Positions 27,799 to 37,922 of a stretch of DNA of 64,000 nucleotides are shown piece by piece (the stretch's first letter is position 1; every line of letters begins with the position of its first letter). The translations under genes and the position numbers were made by a program. Under the pieces are notes generated by a model that had not been told where the DNA came from, made no database searches, and saw only the letters and a program-made list of their open reading frames with translations. The DNA comes from a virus. Location: IMG/VR virus record IMGVR_UViG_3300029957_000007, positions 58,759 through 122,758 of that record; one strand, 5' to 3'.

Positions 27799-28230
27799 AT
27801 GGCCAATCCGAACATGAACCATGTCGTTTCTCAGTCGGCGACATTCATCGCCTCTGGACGACGGGTCGGTTCAGTTCAATCGGTGAGCCCTTCAGAGAAT
27901 CTCACAACGATCCTCATCCGTGAATTGGATGCTGATATCGCTGGTGAGATCATCGAGATCGGCATCGGTGTTCCGAGCTTTAGCTTGGGGCTGACGAAGT
28001 TCATGCTTTACCAGCAGACCTTCTTCGCTGCCTTGGGCTACGTGGTTCGCAACATCGGCGACATCACTGATCCACTGGATCTGCAAGTCGCTTTCCGTTC
28101 TGCCAAGACTGGCAACACGGTTGCGAAGACATTCATCGATGGTGTGCTGAAGAGCCTGACTTCGTCAGTGAACATCGGCACCATCTTGATCACGGAAAAC
28201 GGCAACTTCGACGTGCGTTCCATTGTCTAA
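27799..28230 (+). CDS. Tail tube protein
   Basis: 143 aa after the sheath; VGSVQSVS.SE...RELD....EI..G pattern; strong codon bias. Confidence 0.8.
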   Translation: MANPNMNHVVSQSATFIASGRRVGSVQSVSPSENLTTILIRELDADIAGEIIEIGIGVPSFSLGLTKFMLYQQTFFAALGYVVRNIGDITDPLDLQVAFRSAKTGNTVAKTFIDGVLKSLTSSVNIGTILITENGNFDVRSIV

Positions 28231-28252
28231 CTAAAAGCTTGAGGACAAAGAA

Positions 28253-28690
28253 ATGATGGTCAAAAATGACTTGAAAAAGGCTTTGAGCCTTGACGACTTC
28301 ATCCTTTTTGGTTCAGTGAAAGATGAAGTCGAAGTGTTCGGACAGAAAGTGACGATGAAAACTCTTGAATCCGGTTTCCTGCGAAACTTAGCTGTTGAAA
28401 CTTCCGGACTCGATCTGCTAGCCAGGGATCGAGTCTGGAAGATCAACGTGCTTGCAAGAGCGATCAAATCATTGAATGGTAATTCATTGGTGCCAGAAGA
28501 TCCAGATGATGAATTGAAAGATCGATCAGATCGCACTGATGTGGTCAAAGAGGCGATCAAGAAGATCAGCAAATGGGAGCAGTTCGTTGTTGATGCTTTC
28601 TACAATGAGTACGCTAAACTCGAGAAGCAGCAAAGCGAATTCGCCGAGGAAATGAGAAAAAAATACGAGAAAAAGACGTCCCAATCCTGA
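28253..28690 (+). CDS. Tail assembly chaperone
   Basis: Between tube and tape measure genes; LARAIKSLNG...VVDAFYNEY helical chaperone pattern. Confidence 0.75.
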   Translation: MMVKNDLKKALSLDDFILFGSVKDEVEVFGQKVTMKTLESGFLRNLAVETSGLDLLARDRVWKINVLARAIKSLNGNSLVPEDPDDELKDRSDRTDVVKEAIKKISKWEQFVVDAFYNEYAKLEKQQSEFAEEMRKKYEKKTSQS

Positions 28691-29142
28691 GATGGTGGAC
28701 GCTTCTTCGGCGCGAATTGCCGTTTCCCTGGGGAGTCAAAAGAGCTTCTCATCTACAAGCATGGCAAGTCGAGTATATGCAGTACGCTGAGTATCGCGAA
28801 AAGAAAAGCGATGATAAGCGATTCAAACAATTCCTCGACTACCTTGGATCTTACACGGACCCAAAACGTGCTAATGAGGAGCTGAAGGCTTCCTACGAAT
28901 CAGGGCCCGATGGGTCCGAAGAATCCTCAACACAAGTCGTTTATAGAAACGACAACTTCGGCAAGGAAGATCAACCAATTGTCAAGATGGAGAGTGAGGA
29001 AGCTAAAGTGAAGTTCCTCACAAACTTTGACAAAGCGATGCGTGAGAAATTCGGCGACACTTACGAGGAAGTTGAAGTCGTTACTCCAGCAAAGGTTGAA
29101 GATCCAGACGATAACGAGCCGGACGAGATCATCGTGAGGTAA
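28657..29142 (+). CDS. -1 frameshift extension of the tail assembly chaperone (G/GT type)
   Basis: Slippery A AAA AAA at 28657-28663 in the chaperone frame; -1 frame is open 28618-29142; the only in-track start is a weak TTG. Confidence 0.65.
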   Translation, partial: KKIREKDVPILRWWTLLRRELPFPWGVKRASHLQAWQVEYMQYAEYREKKSDDKRFKQFLDYLGSYTDPKRANEELKASYESGPDGSEESSTQVVYRNDNFGKEDQPIVKMESEEAKVKFLTNFDKAMREKFGDTYEEVEVVTPAKVEDPDDNEPDEIIVR

Positions 29143-29143
29143 T

Positions 29144-30796
29144 ATGGCATCCCCAAATGAAAAGATCGTTCAGGAACTCGGCCTTGTCTTCACGACCGAT
29201 GAACAATCGAAAGAACAGGTGCTGAGATCTCTTGATGAGATCAACAGCAAAGCCAAGTCAGTCAACGACAATATGGCGGCTGGTAGTGAAGGTGCTTCTA
29301 AGCTCTCTGAGACATTGAGGAAAGATCTTGGTGGTGCTCTTGATAAGTTCTCGCCTGCTTTAGGTGAGATCGGCGGCTTGTTGAAAGCAGCTGGGCCAGT
29401 GACTGCACTGGTCACTGGTTTTATCTTGGTAGTCGATAAGATGGCTGACTTGAATAAAGAAGCTGTTGATGTCAATCGCCAATTCTCTTCGATGTACTCA
29501 ACGATCAAAGACATTGCTGATCTTCAGAATCATATGTCCATGATGGGCTATGATAAAGAGGAGACAAACAACATCACTAGCCGTTTGGCTAGGAATGGGG
29601 CAGCTTCGACAGCTGAACAGCTCACAGATGCTACTATCACGACTGGTGCCTTTGCAAAGATGACTGGCATGGAGACATCATCTGTCGCCAATATGATTGC
29701 GATGGCAGTTAAGAGCGGTGCTCTTGATGCCAACAATTTGCAAGGTGGCGTGTTTGGTGAAGGTGGAAAACCTGGTCTATTCCAGAACATGACTAAAGGC
29801 GCTGCAGAAGCTTCAATGTCGATGGAGCAATACTCCAAGTCTTTGTTTGATCTTTGGGGAACCACACGCAACTACAATATCAGTTTTGAAGATACACAAA
29901 AGCTGATGGGTCGTTGGGGTGATTCGCTGAACAAAGGCATTGTGTCGTTAAATGACATTGCCGCTTTGTCGACTGGCAGCAAGTTCAGCGATGGTCAGAA
30001 GATCTTCATGGCTCAACAAATGGGCATTGAAGGATCGCCACTTGAGATGATGACGAAGTTCGAAGCTAGCCTGAGTAAACCTGAATTCCAAGAACGACTT
30101 GGAACGAAGGTCTATGACATGGCTAAGCAAAGAGCTAAGAGCCCAACAGAGATGGTTGAATGGGTTCGAATGATGAATGATACGCTGACTGGTGGTTCAA
30201 TTCCCGGTCTAAACTCATTGGGTGGAGCTCTTTCATTTTTAGAGTCTCATGCATCTGATCAAGATCGTGGCAAGTATTTTGCTGCGTTCCCAGGCGTTGT
30301 TAACAACCAGAATGAAGAACAGCGCGTCATTGCTAGAATGCAAAATGAAAGTTTGGCTAATGATAGGGCAAAGCGTTTGAATAGTCCAGAAGCGATCAAA
30401 GATCAATTGGGCATCGATGTGATGAGCACTTCAGGCGTTTTGTCTCTGGCAAAACGAGCAGTTGGGCTTCTCTACAATGACATTGGTGCTGGAGCTGACC
30501 AAGAAGGAACGATGAGACATGCGATGGGATTTGATTCTCAACGCGGTTTGAAAGCGTTTCAAGGTCTTGATCCACATCAACAAGCTGAAGCATTGAGAGA
30601 AATGTCAAAGTTCACTGGTGCTACTCAATCGAAGCCAATTGAATTGAAACTTGACAATCACCAATCACTTGACATCAACATCAAGATGAATGGTCAGCAA
30701 GTCAGTACACAACGATTGAACAGCAAACCTGGAACCCAATCGTTCACGCTACCAGCTGGGATGGATATGGGTATCACAGTTGAAGGGCATAAGTGA
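29144..30796 (+). CDS. Tape measure protein
   Basis: Helical Ala/Gly/Met-rich 550 aa protein after the chaperones; its short length suggests a short tail. Confidence 0.8.
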   Translation: MASPNEKIVQELGLVFTTDEQSKEQVLRSLDEINSKAKSVNDNMAAGSEGASKLSETLRKDLGGALDKFSPALGEIGGLLKAAGPVTALVTGFILVVDKMADLNKEAVDVNRQFSSMYSTIKDIADLQNHMSMMGYDKEETNNITSRLARNGAASTAEQLTDATITTGAFAKMTGMETSSVANMIAMAVKSGALDANNLQGGVFGEGGKPGLFQNMTKGAAEASMSMEQYSKSLFDLWGTTRNYNISFEDTQKLMGRWGDSLNKGIVSLNDIAALSTGSKFSDGQKIFMAQQMGIEGSPLEMMTKFEASLSKPEFQERLGTKVYDMAKQRAKSPTEMVEWVRMMNDTLTGGSIPGLNSLGGALSFLESHASDQDRGKYFAAFPGVVNNQNEEQRVIARMQNESLANDRAKRLNSPEAIKDQLGIDVMSTSGVLSLAKRAVGLLYNDIGAGADQEGTMRHAMGFDSQRGLKAFQGLDPHQQAEALREMSKFTGATQSKPIELKLDNHQSLDINIKMNGQQVSTQRLNSKPGTQSFTLPAGMDMGITVEGHK

Positions 30797-31500
30797 TGGC
30801 ACGACACAGAGTGATCTTCGTCGCCGGTCTGGGCAACTACTTGCCAGGACAACTCTCAAGTCCAGCACAAGCTGCTTCATTTGTCGCTGGTGTAGCATCT
30901 CTTGGAAATCCTGTTTCAGCTGCTACTGTTGCACAGTCAGGATCTCTTATCAATCCAGCGGTTGGATTGGGATCTCAGATCGCAACAGCGGCTTTGTTGA
31001 AAAACGCTGGATCGCTTGGTATCCCACAGAATCTACAGAACTTCATCTCAGCGTCATTGAACACTGGCGGTCTATTTGTTGAACTGCTTTTGAATCCACA
31101 GCGGATCAAAGAAGAGCAACAGAAGATCATTACAAAGCAACCTACGGCGAATGGTTACGCCTACTTCCATTGGGGTCTCGAGCCTAAGAAAATAACGTTT
31201 GAGATCATCACCAAATCGCTGAGACCGAAGATCAGCGACAATGGAGTGAGTGCTTCAGATGCACAAAGCAATTTGGATCAGATGGAGAAGTTCTTTCAAG
31301 TCAACAACTTCAATGTGGGGCTGATCTACCAAAATAAGATCTACGTTGGACACTTTGAAGGCGTTTTCATGAAGACCAGAGATGTGAACAATCCGAACAT
31401 CACTAGCGCAAGTTTCACATTCATCGTGGATAAGATCCCGAGTGTGATGGTGCCTGGTTTTGGATCGTTCAACATCAACACCATCCCTTTCAATGTGTGA
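30796..31500 (+). CDS. Baseplate/tail tube initiator protein
   Basis: Follows TMP; KIITKQPTANGYAYFHWG...ITFEI...YVGHFEG...ASFTFIV pattern. Confidence 0.55.
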   Translation: MARHRVIFVAGLGNYLPGQLSSPAQAASFVAGVASLGNPVSAATVAQSGSLINPAVGLGSQIATAALLKNAGSLGIPQNLQNFISASLNTGGLFVELLLNPQRIKEEQQKIITKQPTANGYAYFHWGLEPKKITFEIITKSLRPKISDNGVSASDAQSNLDQMEKFFQVNNFNVGLIYQNKIYVGHFEGVFMKTRDVNNPNITSASFTFIVDKIPSVMVPGFGSFNINTIPFNV

Positions 31501-33362
31501 TCATGGTTGACTTCGCATCTATCGACCCAGGTTCTCAGCCATCTGCTAGAAAAGCACAAGCTGACGACGACGCAAGGACCGGCTTCATTAGGAATACTAT
31601 CCCAACCATTCTACACTATATTGCGAATATGGTGCAGAATGCGTTGCCAGTTCCTACCAGTGTTCATGTTGCACCTGACTTCTACATTCAAGTGTTCAAG
31701 CTTCGATTCAATTACGATGCAATAACGAATGCATTAGCTAGTGGATCAACATCAACAGACATTTCAGCTATCATTCAAGGCATTGACATCTTTCAATTGA
31801 ATGACTTGAGAAATGTCACATCAGCAATGAGCTGTGGTAAAAATCCAGGCTCTGCTGGATTCACATTGAACCAGCTGCTGATCAATGATAAACTTGTTGA
31901 GACGATCGATGTGCATGGTCAGAAGTTTCTCACGCCAAGAGAGACGCTGAAGAATGTGAAGAATCCAGATGTCACGATCGATTATATGGACATCGTCAAG
32001 GTTTTCATTCGTAATAGATTTCCGGATCCTACGAATGGAGCCAACAACTATTCGTGCACATTCACTGGTTTCATCACATCAGTCACGCACATTGATCAAC
32101 CAAAAGTAGACTTTGCTTATCAATATGGTGCTCACGATATCAGCACTGCACTGCGGTTAGCCCCGGTCCCATCACAGATCAATCTTCAACAGATGGTCAA
32201 TGGTGGCCCAGGTTATCAACAACTTCAGAAGAATATCTATTGGAATAATCCACTGGTCGTCAATCAATCGGCCATTGATACTATCAAGACGCTGATCGAT
32301 TCGAGTTGGTGGACATATCCAAACTCAGCTCAAGTGCTTACCAAAACACAACCGTCAGATAATGCAAAGGTATCAAGGGTTCAGATCTTGAATCCATCAA
32401 GTTTAGGTTTGTTGAATCTCAACATCTTCCCAGCTAACTTGCCAAACATCAGAGCGTACGGTTCAGTGTTCAATCGCAATATGAATCTTGCATTCTATCA
32501 ACAAAGCGACAAATTGCCATATGAGGTGTGTAAGGATCTTGCTGACGTCATCGGTCTCGAATTCTACGCTACACCCGAAGGCAATCTGTACTTTGGCATT
32601 CCAAAGTGGGATATCGATATTGACGGATCCTACTATGCCATAGAAAATAGCATCATCACGAGAACTGGTTTCTTTGATCTGAATGGAACGCTGTCTAGTA
32701 TCCCATCACAATCATACGTTTCTGAGATTGATGCTTACACCATCAATCAAGAAGACGTAATTGGCTATGAGGAAACTGGATCAGTAGAAAACATCTACAC
32801 AAGAGTCGATGTTGGTTTTGTCAGTTGGGATGAAGATCTTTTGGCAACACTCAACCCATCCGTTTCACAGAGCGTCTTCAAAGAGAAATTCTTCTTCTCA
32901 TTCCCAGACATCAAGTTCTGGGATCCATCGTCAATGGACAACAACTCTGAATTCCTCAGAGAGATGACGAGGTATGGAGTTCGTCCATTCCCAGTGAGTG
33001 GCAAAGCTTTTCTTCAGACGGATGAAGCTATCAAAGCTTATGCTCAATTTGTTTATGACAAATTGAAAGGTCAACGCACTCAAGCAAAATTGACGATTGT
33101 TCCACGACCAGAGATCAGAGCTGGTAGAACGATTCGTATACCATATAAGAACTTGATAGCCTATGTGACGAGTGCTACGAACTCAGTGGTACCAAAGAAG
33201 AGCGCTTCAACGACATTGCAATTATCGTTCATCCGCTCTGCTGAGTACGATCCAGAGAAAAGTCGTTTTTCATTTGATGGATTGACTAGCATCGTCGAAC
33301 AAAAGTACGGGTCGTTCATTCCGGCTGGAACTTTCGACTTCACTGCCCTTCAGGAGAACTAA
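31497..33362 (+). CDS. Baseplate hub protein (T4 gp27/VgrG-like)
   Basis: 621 aa; EFYATPEGNLYF and C-terminal AKLTIVPRPEIRAGRTI...VTS..NS...STTLQLSFIR hub signature. Confidence 0.7.
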   Translation: MIMVDFASIDPGSQPSARKAQADDDARTGFIRNTIPTILHYIANMVQNALPVPTSVHVAPDFYIQVFKLRFNYDAITNALASGSTSTDISAIIQGIDIFQLNDLRNVTSAMSCGKNPGSAGFTLNQLLINDKLVETIDVHGQKFLTPRETLKNVKNPDVTIDYMDIVKVFIRNRFPDPTNGANNYSCTFTGFITSVTHIDQPKVDFAYQYGAHDISTALRLAPVPSQINLQQMVNGGPGYQQLQKNIYWNNPLVVNQSAIDTIKTLIDSSWWTYPNSAQVLTKTQPSDNAKVSRVQILNPSSLGLLNLNIFPANLPNIRAYGSVFNRNMNLAFYQQSDKLPYEVCKDLADVIGLEFYATPEGNLYFGIPKWDIDIDGSYYAIENSIITRTGFFDLNGTLSSIPSQSYVSEIDAYTINQEDVIGYEETGSVENIYTRVDVGFVSWDEDLLATLNPSVSQSVFKEKFFFSFPDIKFWDPSSMDNNSEFLREMTRYGVRPFPVSGKAFLQTDEAIKAYAQFVYDKLKGQRTQAKLTIVPRPEIRAGRTIRIPYKNLIAYVTSATNSVVPKKSASTTLQLSFIRSAEYDPEKSRFSFDGLTSIVEQKYGSFIPAGTFDFTALQEN

Positions 33363-34189
33363 TGCAGATCTTCGAAGGGGAAGAACTAGTTCAAGATATG
33401 AAAAAAGAGTTGAACAAAGGGGTACGTTATGCTATCATCGCAGCTGTTCATGATGATCTCATTCAGAACCCACAATCAGAGGTTGATGAACGCTTAAGAT
33501 ACATGACGGTTGATTTGACATTCATCGACTTTCCTGGTGTTCAAACTCGAGTTGCCATTACAGGCTTTGAAGCATCAAGTGGCGAGGTAACAGTTCCACA
33601 AGTCAATTCAATTTGCATGTGCATCTTCTTACCAAATAGAAAAGCCTTGCTCTTGACGCAAGTATCTGGTGGAGACGTTGGTGCCACCAGAACAATGAGA
33701 GATCTCGTCAAGAGTGGTGTTGTCCTTCCAATTCAACGTGGAGAACAGTTGAAGTGGAATGGAAGCACATATTGGTATTTAAGATCATGTGCTAAAAAGA
33801 TCGTTCATACGATCGGCACGGTTCTTGATGCCACGCTGGCTAAGGTGTTACTTGATGGCAAGGAAATTCACTACCAAGTTGAACATGAATCTGGGACTAA
33901 GATCTCGATCGATGCAAGTGGCAACATCATCTTGAGTCCAGGAAGCGGAGCAAAGATGTTTGAAGGATTGGTGCCATCAGGAGCTACTGATGAGAATGCA
34001 CTGGTCACTCGAAAGTTCTTGCTCGATTTCTACAATGACTTAGTGCAGAAATTCAATTTGCATACACATCCATATGTGAATGTGACAACGCCATCTACAA
34101 CTTCAGTTACTGCTACATTAGCAACAGAAGTTTCGCCGTCCCTTCCGGACACGGTGTCAACACCAGACATCAGAGCTAAGAGCGCATAA
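33362..34189 (+). CDS. Baseplate central spike (gpV/gp5-like)
   Basis: N-terminal OB-like region (PQVNSICMCIF), beta-helix segment KISIDASGNIIL, tip metal motif FNLHTH. Confidence 0.75.
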   Translation: MQIFEGEELVQDMKKELNKGVRYAIIAAVHDDLIQNPQSEVDERLRYMTVDLTFIDFPGVQTRVAITGFEASSGEVTVPQVNSICMCIFLPNRKALLLTQVSGGDVGATRTMRDLVKSGVVLPIQRGEQLKWNGSTYWYLRSCAKKIVHTIGTVLDATLAKVLLDGKEIHYQVEHESGTKISIDASGNIILSPGSGAKMFEGLVPSGATDENALVTRKFLLDFYNDLVQKFNLHTHPYVNVTTPSTTSVTATLATEVSPSLPDTVSTPDIRAKSA

Positions 34190-34905
34190 TGGCCACTGTA
34201 GCGATCCAGCAAAAATTGCAGTGTGACCACTCGTTTATCATCGAGGGTCAAGCACAATCCTCAACTGCTAATTCTCTCACGGATCTCACGAAAAATTGGC
34301 CCTTGAACCTCCTAGTTGGTAAAACACTGATGATCTGGTATGGTACTGGGGCTGGACAGTCAGTGAATGTGAACGCAAATGCTCACAACCAACTTTGGAT
34401 CGATGGACAATGGGCCATTCAACCGGATAGGTCCTCACTCTATCGAATCCGAGTGAATTCAACTGAAGACTACTGTGCTAAATGCAATGGTTCAAATGCC
34501 TATCGTGATCTTCAATTTGCGAGCGGGAGACGTAAGACTTTGACTGGCATTCAAAAGCTTGCACAGTCAGTTGACACGGTTTTGCTCTCACCACATGGTG
34601 CTTCAATATTCAATCCTGACTTTGGGAGTGGTATTGAACTTGCACTCACAGCAGATATTGATGATGACGATGAGCTGTCGATGTATGTTGAGAACAACAC
34701 GGTATCTGCGTTGAATGTGCTGACAAATGCACAATCAGCTGCAGTACCGTTCTTGTCATTCGACAACTCAGAGCTACTGAACCAATTGGTGAGCGTCGAC
34801 GTCGCTAGAGATACGGTTGATCCAAGAGATCTTGAATTGACGGTCGATGTTAACTCCGCAAGTGGACAGCAAACCACTGTGACCGCCCCACTCAACACTA
34901 GGTGA
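34189..34905 (+). CDS. Baseplate wedge protein, gp25-like, with inserted N-terminal module
   Basis: KLAQSVDTVLLSP.G.S.F.P.FGS gp25 core; CDH and CAKC separated by a GTGAGQ-containing insert. Confidence 0.7.
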   Translation: MATVAIQQKLQCDHSFIIEGQAQSSTANSLTDLTKNWPLNLLVGKTLMIWYGTGAGQSVNVNANAHNQLWIDGQWAIQPDRSSLYRIRVNSTEDYCAKCNGSNAYRDLQFASGRRKTLTGIQKLAQSVDTVLLSPHGASIFNPDFGSGIELALTADIDDDDELSMYVENNTVSALNVLTNAQSAAVPFLSFDNSELLNQLVSVDVARDTVDPRDLELTVDVNSASGQQTTVTAPLNTR

Positions 34906-34909
34906 TAGC

Positions 34910-36571
34910 ATGTCAATTGATACTTCCGGGATCAGAACACAAGCTCAAGTCCTTGGGAATGTCGATGGTAGTGGGGATGGCTTCAGAGAATTCATCCTTG
35001 CACTGAACATTACCACTGACGGGATCGATGGCAAAACCATCGACATCACTGACCCTGAGTTCTTGATCCAAGCTGAATTAGCGCCAGTGTCTCTTGAATT
35101 CGCGAATGTCTACATCATCGACGACTTCAAGAACAGAGCGATCGATATCAACAAGCTTCTTGAAGTTGACAACGATCCTTCATACAAATCGAATTTGCAA
35201 GCGGCGCTTCACATGACAGCCGTTCAAACACAAGCGCTCATCGACATGTTGTTTGATTATCACGGCTCAAATGTTGGGAAGCCAAGAAAAGGTACGACTC
35301 AAGCCATTGGCACACAGGTCTTTTCCTCAACATCAGCACCAACAGCCGATGCTGTCATTTTAGCTGGGACTCGTGTTTCAACTGAACCAACATCAACAAA
35401 CCCAGCAGTTGTATTCGCTACAACTTCGACTGTGACGATGTACGCCGCTTTAGCAGCAAGCTATTTGAATCCAGCTAATGGACTCTGGGAGATCCCAGCT
35501 AACATCAAAGCTGTTTCTCCTGGCGCTAATGGTAATCAGATCGCTGGTTCTGTTAAAGTCTTGGTCAATAGCGTCAATGGCATCTCTGCAACACGCAACA
35601 TTGCCAAGACTGAAGGCGGTCAAGATCAAGAATCGAATGCTGCATATGCGGCACGTATCAGTGCTGCTTACGCTGGTTCAAACATCTACACGCTGAGCGG
35701 TAGACAAGGCATTGTGCTCAATCAATCGAATGTGAGCGCTTGCGATGTAGTTGGCAGTGGTGATCCATTGATGCTTCGTGATCTTGGCAATGGTGGTAAA
35801 GTAGACATCTATGTTCAAACCAACAACAATGATGTTCAACAGGTGACTGATGAGCTCCAACCATATGTGAACACTCAAACGACATATGTGATGGAAAATC
35901 AGCCAGTCGAAGCGAATCCTGCCGTCAATCCAGTTGGCGTTGATGTCTACAACAATGGTGCTGTCGTTGGAACACTGACGATAGGCACGCACTTCAATTT
36001 TGTGAAGTCAAGAGATAACACTCCTCTGAATGTATATGTGGAGTGGTCGAGCTTTGCGAGTGATGCGATTGTCCTGACACCAGCTGGTGTCACATACATC
36101 TCTGGTCTTGGAACAGTCACTCACCTCGGCCTTTCATATTCATATGACAAGAGAATCGGTGCAATTCAAACAATCTTCAGTGCACCAGATGGACACGCTC
36201 TGACTGAAGACATTCAAGTCAGAAAGGCTAAGTACGCTGAATTGAATGTTGCTGTGACTGTGAAGCTGCTCACTGGCTACCAGCTCATTGATGTGCAGAA
36301 TTCAGTGGCAACACTGTTGTCTGATCTTTACGACATCAGTAAAGATATCCTTGGTCTTGGTGGCATTGAATCTATCATCACAACAACGATTCAGAATGGT
36401 GGATCCGCAATTGGCGTTTCACAAGTTGAGCTTGGCACATTGGTGATGACACTGTCGAATGGCAACGATCTTGTAGCGAATTATGCCTACACTGTCGATG
36501 TTTACGGCAACATCATCATCCCAACGAACGAGTTCCTTCAATTGGGAACCGTCACGCTAACGGCGGCGTAA
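34910..36571 (+). CDS. Baseplate J-like wedge protein
   Basis: AIGTQVF...ILAGTRVST...FATT...IKAVSPGANGN...GGQDQESNAAYAARI signature. Confidence 0.85.
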   Translation: MSIDTSGIRTQAQVLGNVDGSGDGFREFILALNITTDGIDGKTIDITDPEFLIQAELAPVSLEFANVYIIDDFKNRAIDINKLLEVDNDPSYKSNLQAALHMTAVQTQALIDMLFDYHGSNVGKPRKGTTQAIGTQVFSSTSAPTADAVILAGTRVSTEPTSTNPAVVFATTSTVTMYAALAASYLNPANGLWEIPANIKAVSPGANGNQIAGSVKVLVNSVNGISATRNIAKTEGGQDQESNAAYAARISAAYAGSNIYTLSGRQGIVLNQSNVSACDVVGSGDPLMLRDLGNGGKVDIYVQTNNNDVQQVTDELQPYVNTQTTYVMENQPVEANPAVNPVGVDVYNNGAVVGTLTIGTHFNFVKSRDNTPLNVYVEWSSFASDAIVLTPAGVTYISGLGTVTHLGLSYSYDKRIGAIQTIFSAPDGHALTEDIQVRKAKYAELNVAVTVKLLTGYQLIDVQNSVATLLSDLYDISKDILGLGGIESIITTTIQNGGSAIGVSQVELGTLVMTLSNGNDLVANYAYTVDVYGNIIIPTNEFLQLGTVTLTAA

Positions 36572-36572
36572 C

Positions 36573-37913
36573 ATGTCAAAAGTCCGATCATCCATCTCGA
36601 TTGAATGGAATACTCGCAATCTCGTTGATGCAGTCCTGACCTTGAGCTACAAGGTCTGCAATCAAAATATCCATTTAGCGAGATATGTCCAGGACTTATA
36701 TGGTGTTCTGAATCGCTTGCGATCTCAGAACATATACAACATCTACTACAGAATGGTCGGCAAAGAATTCTGTCGTGTGAATCAAGGACAGATGGCCGGC
36801 CTCTTCAACTTGTTCATGGACTCTGCTGACTTCGACACGATCAAAGGCAAATGGTCAGATCTTGTTGGATTCACATTCAGAGCCAATTTCACAGAGCCAG
36901 AATATCGACAGTTCATCTACAGCTTCAGAGCAATGATCTTTGGGAACTCCACACCTGCTGAACTTCAACTTGCGCTGCAACAGATGCTGCAGTTGGATAG
37001 CAACAAGGTGAAGATCTTAGAGTACTTCAAAGACTCTGCGATCATGACGTTCTTCACAAACGATTGGGCGATTCGAAACAACGCTCAATTGATCCATGCA
37101 GGAACAACTGACGGAAGCAACGTTACCAACTCACCAAATAAACTCGGTGATTCAACGTTCCTTGCTTCCGCAACACCAAATCAGTACATTGGAATGAAGA
37201 TCGTCATCACATCAGGAGCTGGTCAATCTCAAGTAGCGACTGTAGTTGGTAACGATACGTCGTTCTTCACATTAGATACGAATTGGACAACTGTGCCAAA
37301 CACAGGCGATGGATATGTGCTTAGCATCTTCCATTCAATGCGTGACGATCTTAGAAGTCTTCGTCCAAACTTGGTAGATTACACTAACTTTGGATTGTCG
37401 AATTATGGCTTCCAGGTTTGGGTATCTGTCGACAACTACCTTGGTGTTTTGGGATTCATCAGTGATTACTTGAGGATTGTGAAGTTGGACTACATCAAGT
37501 ATTCCATCGCTTACATTCTTCATCGTCATTTCGCTGGCTCCCTCACTGCGGCTTTATTGAATCCAGCAACTAATCCAACATACGTGGCTATTGGTACCGG
37601 TAATCCTGCATGGGATCCTTATAACCCACAACCAACTGGTACTGAAACATCACTGTATGCTGAATCGGCTAGAAGAGTTGCTTTGGTGAATTACATCGAT
37701 TCAAATGAGAATCCAACTCTCACACCAACGCAATTTCTTGAAGCGAATGGATTCTTTGAAACTGGAGTTTCCACTTCACCACGTGTCATGGAAGTAGGGT
37801 TGTACGCTGAAGATGGTACAACGCTTCTTGCATATCAAGCTTTCTCAGCAATCAAGAAAAACGCTGATGAAGCTTTCATTTGGAAGTGGAGACTAAACTA
37901 CGATTCCCTCTGA
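36573..37913 (+). CDS. Baseplate wedge/tail-fibre attachment protein
   Basis: Follows J; C-terminal YVAIGTG...W....P.P..TETSL..E..R...EVGLY domain; internal GAGQ module. Confidence 0.65.
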   Translation: MSKVRSSISIEWNTRNLVDAVLTLSYKVCNQNIHLARYVQDLYGVLNRLRSQNIYNIYYRMVGKEFCRVNQGQMAGLFNLFMDSADFDTIKGKWSDLVGFTFRANFTEPEYRQFIYSFRAMIFGNSTPAELQLALQQMLQLDSNKVKILEYFKDSAIMTFFTNDWAIRNNAQLIHAGTTDGSNVTNSPNKLGDSTFLASATPNQYIGMKIVITSGAGQSQVATVVGNDTSFFTLDTNWTTVPNTGDGYVLSIFHSMRDDLRSLRPNLVDYTNFGLSNYGFQVWVSVDNYLGVLGFISDYLRIVKLDYIKYSIAYILHRHFAGSLTAALLNPATNPTYVAIGTGNPAWDPYNPQPTGTETSLYAESARRVALVNYIDSNENPTLTPTQFLEANGFFETGVSTSPRVMEVGLYAEDGTTLLAYQAFSAIKKNADEAFIWKWRLNYDSL

Positions 37914-37922
37914 GGGTGAACC

